DNA from: Alphaproteobacteria bacterium UBA3635
GTDB taxonomy: Bacteria; Pseudomonadota; Alphaproteobacteria; Rs-D84
Direction of reading: 5' to 3'
NCBI GenBank assembly: GCA_002373935.1
Contig: DFKW01000012.1
Span: 4,814-68,813, forward strand
DNA length: 64,000 nt
Made by a program: the position numbers and the translations under genes. The notes under the pieces were generated by a model. It was not told the origin of the DNA. It saw nothing but the letters and a program-made list of their open reading frames with translations, and did not search any database. How positions within the stretch are numbered: the stretch's first letter is position 1; each line of letters opens with the position of its first letter. Below are positions 46,158 through 54,076 of this stretch, one piece after another.

Positions 46158-47265
46158 TTTGTTTCATAACCGCGTCGGGCGCGAATCGTTTTAATCCGCG
46201 CGTGGATGCATTTATCATCTTACGCACATCCACAGCATTTTCATACACATCCACCATCGCTTCTGCCAATGCATGCGTATCACCCGGCGCGAACAAAACA
46301 CCCGCCGCACCATCCATTAAAATTTCACGCGGTCCGTATTTACAGTTCGATGCAATATTTAACACATCCAACACCGCCGCCTCTATCAATACCGTGGGCA
46401 GCCCCTCGCCACGACTGGATAATATATGTGCAACGGCACCCGCGACATACGGATACGGATTTTTTTGTGTGCCCGTAAATATAATATTTTTGCGCGACAT
46501 CAAACCATCCGCATACTTTTCAAACACATCGCGTTTATCACCACCACCAACCAAAACCAATTTAACCGACCTGTGCGTTTTCCAAAATAAATCAAACGCA
46601 TCCAACAATGTCCAAATATCTTTGTCATAACTCATCCGTGCCACAGAACAAAAATATTTCCCCCGCACATTGCATTTTTCACGAGCCCGCGCCCGCACAG
46701 ATTCAATATCAATCGGATTATAAATTCTGATAAATTTATTTGCATACGCCGGACACAAATTTTTCATATCATTTGCACAATCATCCGTCAAAACAACAAC
46801 ATTGTCGTATATGCACAGTTTCTGGGAAAATTTGCGTTTTTGAAACACGCGCAACGACGAATGAAACCATGCAATTTTTTTTGCATTTTTTATATTTTTT
46901 AACTCATGCGAAAAACCAAAATCATGATAGTCAACAAACACATCAAACCCAGATAACAATTTTTTTACAACGCGCACCCTGCGCCAAAAACGATACACAT
47001 CGCGCGCAAAATGTTTCACAACCCGCCACAAGAAAAATCGTGGCATACGTGTTCCCAACACGCGCGATGGATACAACACAACGCGTTTAACATTTTTATG
47101 TTTATCGAACCAATCGACCCACACCGGCTCGGTCACATCAACAAAAGTCACAACCGTTATATCAAATTTTTTATCCGTGCTTAAATATTCCAATGTGCGA
47201 ATCAATACAGATTCCACACCACCCAACTGCATATCACGCAAACAAAATGCAACGCGCTTTTTCAT
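46138..47265 (-). CDS. GT4-family (GT-B, retaining) glycosyltransferase
   Basis: 375 aa. The C-terminal motif SSRGEGLPTVLIEAA matches E-x7-E. Confidence 0.7.
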   Translation of the reverse strand: MKKRVAFCLRDMQLGGVESVLIRTLEYLSTDKKFDITVVTFVDVTEPVWVDWFDKHKNVKRVVLYPSRVLGTRMPRFFLWRVVKHFARDVYRFWRRVRVVKKLLSGFDVFVDYHDFGFSHELKNIKNAKKIAWFHSSLRVFQKRKFSQKLCIYDNVVVLTDDCANDMKNLCPAYANKFIRIYNPIDIESVRARAREKCNVRGKYFCSVARMSYDKDIWTLLDAFDLFWKTHRSVKLVLVGGGDKRDVFEKYADGLMSRKNIIFTGTQKNPYPYVAGAVAHILSSRGEGLPTVLIEAAVLDVLNIASNCKYGPREILMDGAAGVLFAPGDTHALAEAMVDVYENAVDVRKMINASTRGLKRFAPDAVMKQIKSLIS

Positions 47266-47268
47266 CGG

Positions 47269-48294
47269 TTATTTTCCAATAAAGTTCAAAATTTTTATTG
47301 CCAATTTACGACGATTTTTTGGAACCCGTTCAAACACGCCCAAATTGTATAAATCGGTAAATTCTTGGCGGGCAATTGCCAACTCTTCATCGGTTTTCAA
47401 ATATTTAATTTTGCGAAACGCCCAATTTACAAAAAACCATAAAAAGTTTTCGCCCCATAATTGCATTTGATGCGCGGATGCCTGGTCACGATATAAAACA
47501 AACGCGTCTTTGATACCCGTGATTAAACTTTGCATAATACGCAACTGTTTCGCACTCAATACAATTCCACCAAAGTTTGGAATATAATAATATAACGGCA
47601 ACGGCGCAATCGTGACACGCGGATTGCGTAGCATTACGCGCGACCACCACGGAAAATCTTCGAACAAAATACCCTTGATAAATGGGATATCTGCGATTAA
47701 ATCACGACGATACATATTTTTCCAAACCTGGCAATGTTTAATCAGCCATTTGCGATTTTTGCGGAACGCATTATGCGCACTGTCGGTTGCATATTCATAC
47801 ACATCGGACACGGTCTTGGATTTAATTTTATGGATATTATACCGTTTTTTAATACCGCATGGCACGACATTATCTGTATTCAATCCCAATTTATAATACA
47901 CCATCAGTTGCGGCCGATAAAACCTATCGTATGTGAACGACACAATATCAGAATTATTTTCTTGCGCCAACGAATACGCAATTTCCATCGTTTGCGGATG
48001 AATAAAATCATCACTGTCCAGATACATAATGTATTCACCCGTGGCATACGGCATTCCCGCATTTCGTGCATCCGACAGACCGCCATTTTCTTTATGCACA
48101 ACAACGAATCGTTTATCACGTGCGGCGTAAGATTCCGCAATCTCGCCCGATTTATCGGGTGACCCGTCATCAACTAAAACGGCCTGCCAATCGGTAAAAG
48201 TTTGTGCAAGCACCGAATCCAAACACCGTGGCAAATACTTTTCCACGCCATACATTGGAATAATGACAGAAATCTTTGGTTTTTTATTTGGCAT
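47269..48294 (-). CDS. GT2-family glycosyltransferase
   Basis: ISVIIPMYGVEKYLPRCLDSVLAQTF...VLVDDGSPD and LDSDD. Confidence 0.8.
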   Translation of the reverse strand: MPNKKPKISVIIPMYGVEKYLPRCLDSVLAQTFTDWQAVLVDDGSPDKSGEIAESYAARDKRFVVVHKENGGLSDARNAGMPYATGEYIMYLDSDDFIHPQTMEIAYSLAQENNSDIVSFTYDRFYRPQLMVYYKLGLNTDNVVPCGIKKRYNIHKIKSKTVSDVYEYATDSAHNAFRKNRKWLIKHCQVWKNMYRRDLIADIPFIKGILFEDFPWWSRVMLRNPRVTIAPLPLYYYIPNFGGIVLSAKQLRIMQSLITGIKDAFVLYRDQASAHQMQLWGENFLWFFVNWAFRKIKYLKTDEELAIARQEFTDLYNLGVFERVPKNRRKLAIKILNFIGK

Positions 48295-48303
48295 AAAAAT
48301 CTC

Positions 48304-49212
48304 CTACATTTTATTTATCATCACATCCGCAAAAGACCCCGGCACCGGATTTTCCGACCCACGATATGTCGTTTTTTGGAAAAATGCACCCGATGTCAAT
48401 TCATCAAATTTTTTCTTATCAAACGGTTTGTCATTATACGCCCACCACAAAACATGGGTTGGATCTTGGGCGACATGAGGCATTTTTTCAAAATATTTTT
48501 TTGCGCGTGCGTCATTTTCCACCAATGTTTTGAATAACAATTGATGCATAAAATAATCAAAGGTGTGATTTTCGTGCATCCAATAATCCAAAATCATCGC
48601 CCGCCATGCCGCCAGTAAAAATGCACCTTTGCGCGCACGAATAAAACAGTTTTGGCAAAAACTATACGGACTGCCCCCGATATTATAATTGTCACCCGTT
48701 AAATACATAAAATAATCTTGTTTTTCAATCCAATCTGGGATTGGTGCGGTCACAAACCCGGTTGAATCCAACCAATACCCACCATACCGATATAACAATT
48801 CCACACGGCAAATATCGGCAAAGTGCGCATGCCCAATTTTACCATCCCGATATTTTTGCACTATTTCCTCTGGCAAAGATATATAATCAAAAACCGTTTT
48901 TGCATCCAATACAACCAATTCTTGTTTGCAATGCCGACGCACACTGCGGAAACACGCACGCACTAACGCGGGCGCGTTTTCTTCACCCTGCAACCACAAA
49001 GTCCAAATTTTATCATGCGCATCATCATGCACAACATCCACCTCTGGCACAGATACCACTGCCGGCAAATATCGTTTGAAATAATTAGACACAATTTTCG
49101 CCGTTGCATCCGTCCGCACACGCCGCCGCGCGACACGGTCAAAAAAATGCCAGTTCAAAATATGCCCAACCAAAACCAATTTAGATGTTGCGATAAACCT
49201 TGCGAAATTCAT
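48304..49212 (-). CDS. Capsular-polysaccharide-synthesis (Caps_synth / GT32-like) protein
   Basis: IWTLWLQGEENAP and HFADICRVELLYRYGGYWLDSTGF. Confidence 0.6.
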   Translation of the reverse strand: MNFARFIATSKLVLVGHILNWHFFDRVARRRVRTDATAKIVSNYFKRYLPAVVSVPEVDVVHDDAHDKIWTLWLQGEENAPALVRACFRSVRRHCKQELVVLDAKTVFDYISLPEEIVQKYRDGKIGHAHFADICRVELLYRYGGYWLDSTGFVTAPIPDWIEKQDYFMYLTGDNYNIGGSPYSFCQNCFIRARKGAFLLAAWRAMILDYWMHENHTFDYFMHQLLFKTLVENDARAKKYFEKMPHVAQDPTHVLWWAYNDKPFDKKKFDELTSGAFFQKTTYRGSENPVPGSFADVMINKM

Positions 49213-49269
49213 AAAGTATCCTTTTATTATTAAATTTCGGGCGACACAAATTTGCGCCGCCCTGACATT

Positions 49270-50349
49270 TTATTCATCTACACCCACGGATGTATTTTCA
49301 TCATCATCCGCAGGACCCGTTGTCATTTCCTCTGCGATACCATTGGCCTGGGCCATAATCTTATCCAACAATTCTTGCTGAATATCCGGATGGTCTTTAA
49401 TCCATTGACGGGCATTCGCCTCGCCCTGGCCCATGCGTTCATTATTGTAAGAATAAAACGAACCCGCCTTTTCAATGATGTTGTATTTCACACCCATATC
49501 CAAGATTTCAGATATACGGGAAATACCCTCGCCATACATAATTTTGAAATCGACGGTCCGGAACGGTGGCGCGACCTTGTTTTTCACAATTTTAACACGC
49601 GTTTCATTACCGATAACATTTTCTTTATCCTTGATTGCACCGGTCCGACGAATATCCAACCGCACAGACGCATAGAATTTCAATGCATTACCACCCGATG
49701 TTGTTTCCGGATTTCCAAACATCACACCAATTTTCATACGAATTTGGTTGATGAAAATCAATAATGTATTACTGCGCGACACAGACCCCGCCAATTTTTT
49801 CAGCGATTGCGACATCAAACGCGCGGTTGTTCCAACAAAAGAATCCCCGATATTACCCTCTAATTCGGCCTTGGGTACCAATGCCGCAACCGAATCGATA
49901 ACAACGACATCAACCGCCCCCGATTTAATCAATGTATCGGCGATTTCCAATGCCTGTTCCCCGGAATCCGGTTGAGAAATAATCAATTCCGAAACATTAC
50001 AACCCAATTTTTTGGCATAACTCGGGTCCAGTGCATTTTCCGCATCAATATACGCACACGTGCCACCTTTCTTTTGTGCCTCGGCCACGGCATGCAGTGC
50101 AAGTGTTGTTTTACCCGAGCTTTCAGGTCCATAAATTTCAACGATACGACCACGCGGATACCCCCCGATACCCAACGCGATATCCAACCCCAAAGACCCG
50201 GATGAAATCGCCTCGATATTTTGTTGGCTGCCATCCCCCATTTTCATAATGGCTTCTTTACCGAATTGTTTTTGAATTTGTGCCAACGCAGATTCCAACG
50301 CCGGATTTTTAGCAGGCGTCGCGGCCACATCTTTTTCTTTCTTTGCCAT
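49270..50349 (-). CDS. recA: Recombinase RecA
   Basis: [16 protein letters not shown] (Walker A), the [37 protein letters not shown] loop region and an acidic C-tail. Confidence 0.96.
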   Translation of the reverse strand: MAKKEKDVAATPAKNPALESALAQIQKQFGKEAIMKMGDGSQQNIEAISSGSLGLDIALGIGGYPRGRIVEIYGPESSGKTTLALHAVAEAQKKGGTCAYIDAENALDPSYAKKLGCNVSELIISQPDSGEQALEIADTLIKSGAVDVVVIDSVAALVPKAELEGNIGDSFVGTTARLMSQSLKKLAGSVSRSNTLLIFINQIRMKIGVMFGNPETTSGGNALKFYASVRLDIRRTGAIKDKENVIGNETRVKIVKNKVAPPFRTVDFKIMYGEGISRISEILDMGVKYNIIEKAGSFYSYNNERMGQGEANARQWIKDHPDIQQELLDKIMAQANGIAEEMTTGPADDDENTSVGVDE

Positions 50350-50378
50350 AAATATTCCCCTTTTTTAATTCTAACTAA

Positions 50379-50407
50379 ATGATACTAGGAAAAATCTACA
50401 TTTGCAA
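50379..50407 (-). promoter_or_regulatory. Candidate sigma70-type recA promoter
   Basis: On the minus strand: ttgcaa, 17-nt spacer, tatcat. The -10 hexamer lies about 30 nt upstream of the ATG, with RBS aaagggg. Confidence 0.4.
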
Positions 50408-50475
50408 GTATGATAAAAAATAAAAAAAACAAACACCCCCGCAAATCAAATATCGATAGACACCCACAAATTCAG

Positions 50476-50579
50476 CTATGGAAATATAACGAGGTGGATA
50501 CGCCGTTGTTTATGAGTGCAGTGTACAAATGCTACATAAACGAATAAACAACAAGTAGACGCCCGTTATATTTTCATAG
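50476..50579. repeat. 104-nt palindromic element, copy B, abutting the MFS-gene stop codon
   Basis: Outer stem is 16 bp (ctatggaaatataacg / cgttatattttcatag, one G-T pair). Inner stem is 9 bp (gttgtttat / ataaacaac). The apex gagtgcagtgtacaaatgctacataaacga is shared with copy A. Confidence 0.7.
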
Positions 50580-51812
50580 TTATTTGCGGGACAACATCAA
50601 CAAAGTAAACGCACACACTGCAATCGAAACCACCCAAACCGCGGATGTCACGCCGGTTACGGCAATGCACGCGGCACCCAAAATCGGGGCGATAACCTTG
50701 GGCAGGTAAGATGTCGTTTTGAACACACCATAAAAACGCGATTGTTCGCTTTTTTGGGTATTATCAAAGAAAAACAAATCATGTACCGGTTCCATAAACG
50801 CCCCGGATATCTGCCACAGAATAAACACCGCCAACAACGAATAACCACTTAAAAACATTGCCAATGTTGCAAACACCGCAAACGACGCCATACCAATCGT
50901 CATCAAAACACGCGGTCCAACCCGCCGCACCAGGTTTCCAATAAACAAATCAAAAATAATATACGGCAAAATACCCAATGTCAAAACCCAACCCAAAACA
51001 CCGGCAGAAAACCCCTGCTCTATCACAACAATAGGCACATACAAAACACGCATCGCCGACAACGCATAAAATCCGAAATTCACCGCATACGCACGCGGCA
51101 TGCCTTGCCGACGGAAAAACAGTAAAGTATTCACCCATAATGATTTCATCGTGCGACGCGGATTTACATTTTTAATTTCTTTATCCATTTGCACAATACC
51201 GAACCGTTTGAAAAACAGCAACCCACCCGCATAAATCATCGCCGATGCCAAAAACGGAATACGATAATTATCAAACCATGCCGCCATATTTAACGCGAAC
51301 AGTGGCGCAATCAACGCACCAATATTCACCCACAAATAATACCGTGCATTTAATTTAGCCATCCCGATATTTTTTGAAAAATCCGCCATAAACAATGGAA
51401 TTAAAATACCAACAATTGTTGACCCAATACCCGACACCCAATCCAAAGTCATAAATGTTATTGGTTTGACCGAAAAACTCATCATTGCATAGCATACAAC
51501 CACCAACAAAAATGCGGCATATAATAAACGTGCCTTGGAAAACCAACGCAATAATTCTTTGGAAAACACACCAACAATCATACAAAACACAGAATACATC
51601 GCGACATAAATACCAACCACCGACGACGCCAGATTTTCATTTCCCAAAATACCTGTAAAAATTCCCAATATAACCAAAGAATAAACCGCATTATACACCC
51701 CCGACGCAAACCCCGTGAACAACCCCAGGTTTGCAAACGAATACCCATCAACATTTTCATTTATCGCGATGTATTTTTCTTTTGCCAAAATTCTCTCTCC
51801 ATTATTTGCCAA
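50580..51812 (-). CDS. MFS-type transporter
   Basis: 410 aa with about 12 predicted TM helices in a 6+6 arrangement. Substrate unknown. Confidence 0.65.
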   Translation of the reverse strand: MANNGERILAKEKYIAINENVDGYSFANLGLFTGFASGVYNAVYSLVILGIFTGILGNENLASSVVGIYVAMYSVFCMIVGVFSKELLRWFSKARLLYAAFLLVVVCYAMMSFSVKPITFMTLDWVSGIGSTIVGILIPLFMADFSKNIGMAKLNARYYLWVNIGALIAPLFALNMAAWFDNYRIPFLASAMIYAGGLLFFKRFGIVQMDKEIKNVNPRRTMKSLWVNTLLFFRRQGMPRAYAVNFGFYALSAMRVLYVPIVVIEQGFSAGVLGWVLTLGILPYIIFDLFIGNLVRRVGPRVLMTIGMASFAVFATLAMFLSGYSLLAVFILWQISGAFMEPVHDLFFFDNTQKSEQSRFYGVFKTTSYLPKVIAPILGAACIAVTGVTSAVWVVSIAVCAFTLLMLSRK

Positions 51813-51851
51813 AATATTATATCACAGTTTTACCGATAACACAAACCGCAC

Positions 51852-51882
51852 AAAAAAATTTATCCCCCATAAAATGGGGGAT
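51852..51882 (-). terminator. Rho-independent terminator after secB
   Basis: On the minus strand, atcccccat ttt atgggggat is followed by aaattttttt. Confidence 0.6.
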
Positions 51883-51930
51883 GGGAACTACTAACTCCAA
51901 TAATAAAAATCTCCAACCGAAAAAAATTTT

Positions 51931-52383
51931 TTATTGATTGGCTGGCTTATTTTGTTGGGCGGCGTTTTTTCTCTGCTCGTATAACGCTTCGAAATCAACG
52001 GGTTGCATAACAAATGCCGGGAACCCGGATTCCGCCGTCAAACGCGTGACCAATGCGCGAACCGATGGGAACAACATGTGTGGCACATCAATCAGTAATG
52101 TGCGGCGTTTGACCTCTTCATCTTTTTCTTCTTCCATTTGAACCAAACCCGAATATGTTGTTTCAATCAAGAATATGGATTTATTATCTTTATCCAATTT
52201 AGAATGAACCTTGGTCAACAAATCAACCATAAACACATTATTTTCCGCACCCTTGATTTGAATATCGATATTGATTTCGATTTTTGCCTGGCCGTTATCC
52301 TGGTTAAAGAACAATTCCGGGACATTTGGGCTTTCAAAAGAAATGTCTTTCAAGAACTGCGAAATAATTTTGAACTGTGACAT
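51931..52383 (-). CDS. secB: Protein-export chaperone SecB
   Basis: 150 aa. The N-terminus FKIISQFLKDISFESPNVPELF and ...LLIDVPHMLFPSVRALV match SecB. Confidence 0.85.
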   Translation of the reverse strand: MSQFKIISQFLKDISFESPNVPELFFNQDNGQAKIEINIDIQIKGAENNVFMVDLLTKVHSKLDKDNKSIFLIETTYSGLVQMEEEKDEEVKRRTLLIDVPHMLFPSVRALVTRLTAESGFPAFVMQPVDFEALYEQRKNAAQQNKPANQ

Positions 52384-52464
52384 GCGATTGCTCCTTTTTT
52401 TTTAGTCGCTTTTATGATAATATAACAAATGAAAAATATTTTACAAGTGCGGGGGAATAAAAAA

Positions 52465-53562
52465 ATGATTATTTTCAAATCGTCAAAAATTTTCGGTATT
52501 TTCAGTGCGATATGTTTATCTTTCGTCCTGGCATCGTGCGACATGTCCACACCAACACGCACCGATAATGATGCGGTTGTGCCAACATCGAACCTGCACG
52601 CGGTGTCTTACTCATCACTGCCGGGGTGGGAAAACGACGATGTCAGATATGCACTCCAGGCGTTTCGTAATTCATGCAACGCGAAACTGCAATACACCGG
52701 TCGTGTAATTCCCGACGCGGCATTGGTGCGTGAAAAATGTAATATGTTGCCATCTGCGAACGCCAGTACCGCAACCGTCCGCAAATGGTTTGAATCACAT
52801 TTTCAACCCTATCGCGTATATGACGATGCGGGTCGCAAAACCGGCACATACACCGGATATTATTCGCCAACAATTCCGGCGTGTCGCAAAAAAACCGCCC
52901 AATGCAATGAACCATTGATGGCAATTCCCACCGATGGCAAACAATATAAAAATGTTTCCAAAAAGAAAATCGTTGAAAACAAGATTGGTCGTGTTTTGTA
53001 TTGGGCAAACATCGTCGATGTTCAAAACATCCAAATCCAGGGCAGCGGCCTGTTAAAACTGGAAGACGGGGAATTGGTAAAATTAAACTTTGCGGCAACG
53101 AACGATATGCAATTCAAATCTATTGGTGAACAATTACGCAACCGCGGCATAAAACCCGATGGCGGATACAGTGCCGATGCCGTTTGGAAATATTTGAAAA
53201 AGCACCCCACCCTTGCACGCGAAGTAATTTACAACAATCCGCGTTATGTTTATTTCAAAGAGGCCCAATCTAAAAAAGTTATCGGCAAATTGGGCACACC
53301 ATTATCTAAAATACGCAGTATCGCCGTCGATGATTCTATTTACACCGTTGGTATGCCGGTATATATAAACACCAACTTATCAGACGGCCGCAAATTCCAA
53401 CGTTTAATGATTGCCCAAGACACCGGCAGTGCTATTCGTGGTTGGATACGCGCAGACATATTCTTTGGTTCGGGGGACGCGGCATATAAATATGCCCACG
53501 GCCAACACAGCACCGGCGAAATGTATATTTTATTACCACGGGTTTACACAAATGCAAAATAA
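52465..53562 (+). CDS. mltA: Membrane-bound lytic murein transglycosylase A
   Basis: Lipobox FVLASC. MltA domain plus 3D domain (IAVDDSIYTVGMPVYI, IAQDTGSAIRG..RADIFFG). Confidence 0.8.
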   Translation: MIIFKSSKIFGIFSAICLSFVLASCDMSTPTRTDNDAVVPTSNLHAVSYSSLPGWENDDVRYALQAFRNSCNAKLQYTGRVIPDAALVREKCNMLPSANASTATVRKWFESHFQPYRVYDDAGRKTGTYTGYYSPTIPACRKKTAQCNEPLMAIPTDGKQYKNVSKKKIVENKIGRVLYWANIVDVQNIQIQGSGLLKLEDGELVKLNFAATNDMQFKSIGEQLRNRGIKPDGGYSADAVWKYLKKHPTLAREVIYNNPRYVYFKEAQSKKVIGKLGTPLSKIRSIAVDDSIYTVGMPVYINTNLSDGRKFQRLMIAQDTGSAIRGWIRADIFFGSGDAAYKYAHGQHSTGEMYILLPRVYTNAK

Positions 53563-53887
53563 TAAATATGATAAAAAACTAGATGTCCGTATCACACGCC
53601 CAACATTTATATCGGGCGTGTTTGGTAATTTATTTCAAACATTTCATCGGCCCGCATCCATTGATGATTTAACCGCACGATGGGACGAAATTATGGGACC
53701 CGACATTGCACCAATTGCAAAATTGGTTGCGATAAAAAAAACACGCGATAACAAATTCAGTGTTGTAATAAAACCCGCCAACACCGCATTGGCATTACAG
53801 TTATCATATGCGAACGACGAAATATTGCGCCGCATAAATAAATATTTTGGCTATCCCGCCATTTCCAAAATCACATACCGAAAATAG
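53552..53887 (+). CDS. DUF721 (DciA-like) protein
   Basis: Start MQNNKYDKKL. It has WDEIMGPDIAPIAKLVAI...FSVVIKPANTALALQLSYANDEILRRINKYFG. The start overlaps the mltA stop. Confidence 0.65.
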   Translation: MQNNKYDKKLDVRITRPTFISGVFGNLFQTFHRPASIDDLTARWDEIMGPDIAPIAKLVAIKKTRDNKFSVVIKPANTALALQLSYANDEILRRINKYFGYPAISKITYRK

Positions 53888-53970
53888 TTCTCCTCCTCCG
53901 GATATTCCCCGTCTTTTCTACCCGCAGGGTAAAAAGAAGGGGGGGACCGGCGCCAGCCGGTGGGGCAGTT
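53888..53970 (+). other. Structured GC-rich intergenic segment: CT-rich motif plus two hairpins
   Basis: ctcctcctcc (53890-53899). A roughly 15-bp hairpin spans 53907-53943 (ccccgtcttttctaccc gca gggtaaaaagaagggg). Hairpin ccggc gcca gccgg spans 53947-53960. Confidence 0.3.
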
Positions 53971-53987
53971 ATATTTAATAATTCATC

Positions 53988-54017
53988 AACTGAACTTTGA
54001 ACTTTGAACTTTGAAAA
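53988..54017. repeat. Heptad tandem repeat, copy E3
   Basis: aac tgaactt tgaactt tgaactt tgaaaaa. Three exact 7-nt units. Confidence 0.6.
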
Positions 54018-54076
54018 ATTTGTCCTTTTATTTAATCCCATTTTATGATAAAATTGTATGACGAGAGAGATTTACA

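Noticed and set aside
53988-54017. GAAC repeats as alphaproteobacterial LexA boxes or a CRISPR-like array
   Set aside because: The GAAC units are spaced 7 nt apart, not the GAAC-N7-GAAC spacing of the SOS box. The units are far too short and have no spacers, so this is not a CRISPR array.
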